From Alphaproteobacteria bacterium (GTDB lineage Bacteria; Pseudomonadota; Alphaproteobacteria; UBA8317): a stretch of 64,000 bases of DNA. Position numbers and translations under genes: made by a program. The notes under the pieces are model-generated. The model was given only the letters and a program-made list of their open reading frames with translations, did not search any database and was not told where the DNA came from. Shown one piece after another: positions 63,327 through 64,000 of the stretch; the first letter of the stretch is position 1, and each line of letters begins with the position of its first letter. The DNA is taken from assembly GCA_038131935.1 (NCBI GenBank), contig JAYPQH010000018.1:32001-96000 (forward strand), written 5' to 3'.

Positions 63327-64000
63327 GCCGTAAGGATACCTTGATGAGCGCACTTGGTTCCCGCATTTTGGTGCTCGATGGGGCCATGGGGACCATGGTG
63401 CAAAAAGCACAACTCACCGAGGAAGACTTTCGAGGGCAGCGCTTCCAAAATCATGATCGTGACCTGCGTGGAAACAATGACTTGTTGGTACTTACCCAGC
63501 CAAATTTGATCAGTGATATCCATCGTGCCTATATCGAAGCTGGAGCCGATATTATTGAAACCAATTCCTTCAACGCGACACGCATCTCACAAGGCGAATA
63601 CGGTCTTGAGGAGGTAAGCGAAGAAATCAATTTTGAGTCTGCTCGGTTGGCCACCCAGGCTGCTCAAGAGGCAGATAGACCTGTGTTTGTGGCAGGTGCA
63701 CTGGGTCCAACCTCACGAACGGCGTCTATTTCTCCAGATGTTAACGATCCAGGCAAACGCAATATAACCTTTGACGAACTTGCCGCAAATTACACTGAAT
63801 CCGCACGTGCATTGGCTGCTGGAGGCGCTGACATCTTTCTGGTGGAGACCGTGTTTGATACCTTAAACGCCCGCGCGGCATTATTTGCCCTATCAGGCGT
63901 GAATGACGAGCTCGATGATCCTTTACCTATTTTTGTTTCCGGCACCATAACAGATATGTCTGGGCGCACCTTGTCAGGCCAAACCGCCGAGGCTTTTTGG
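63323..64000 (+). CDS. metH: B12-dependent methionine synthase, N-terminal homocysteine-binding domain (partial)
   Basis: Not in ORF track. Manual translation: [67 protein letters not shown]. Confidence 0.96.
   Translation, partial: MSRKDTLMSALGSRILVLDGAMGTMVQKAQLTEEDFRGQRFQNHDRDLRGNNDLLVLTQPNLISDIHRAYIEAGADIIETNSFNATRISQGEYGLEEVSEEINFESARLATQAAQEADRPVFVAGALGPTSRTASISPDVNDPGKRNITFDELAANYTESARALAAGGADIFLVETVFDTLNARAALFALSGVNDELDDPLPIFVSGTITDMSGRTLSGQTAEAFW

Overview
Gene-dense core-chromosome region of an alphaproteobacterium (roughly mid-40s % GC by eye; compact, probably a streamlined marine lineage). In order: mutY (partial)/DUF721-DsbA-smc; the F0 ATP synthase operon (atpI-B-E-b'-b); ispH-thrB-rnhA; peroxiredoxin/DsbD-like/algH; an aa3 cytochrome oxidase cluster (ctaC-D-B-coxF-ctaG-ctaE-SURF1-thrC-M16-rimJ); tldD, gshA, rsmE; ubiA-ubiD-pmbA-DUF4170-msbA-DUF374-waaA-lpxK; xseA, purD, tadA, rluB, rsmD, mutL, pgi, an M16 pair, DUF3035, lspA, ileS, gpt; an organic-acid block (AEC permease, TRAP transporter with a greatly extended DctM, prpE, scoAB); a dienelactone hydrolase, an Fe(III) ABC permease and sahR-like regulator-metF-metH (partial). 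I see no rRNA, tRNA, CRISPR, prophage, transposase or defence system. About ten genes, several essential, are broken by 1-2 nt indels mostly in homopolymers, best explained as long-read consensus errors. I cannot support a clearly novel system. The best candidates for follow-up are the TRAP transporter with a ~325-aa DctM C-terminal extension and its regulatory repeats, a probable CTG start on msbA, overlapping start codons of divergent rsmE/ubiA, and an in-frame TGA in ileS. All family assignments come from recognising motifs by eye, not from database searches.
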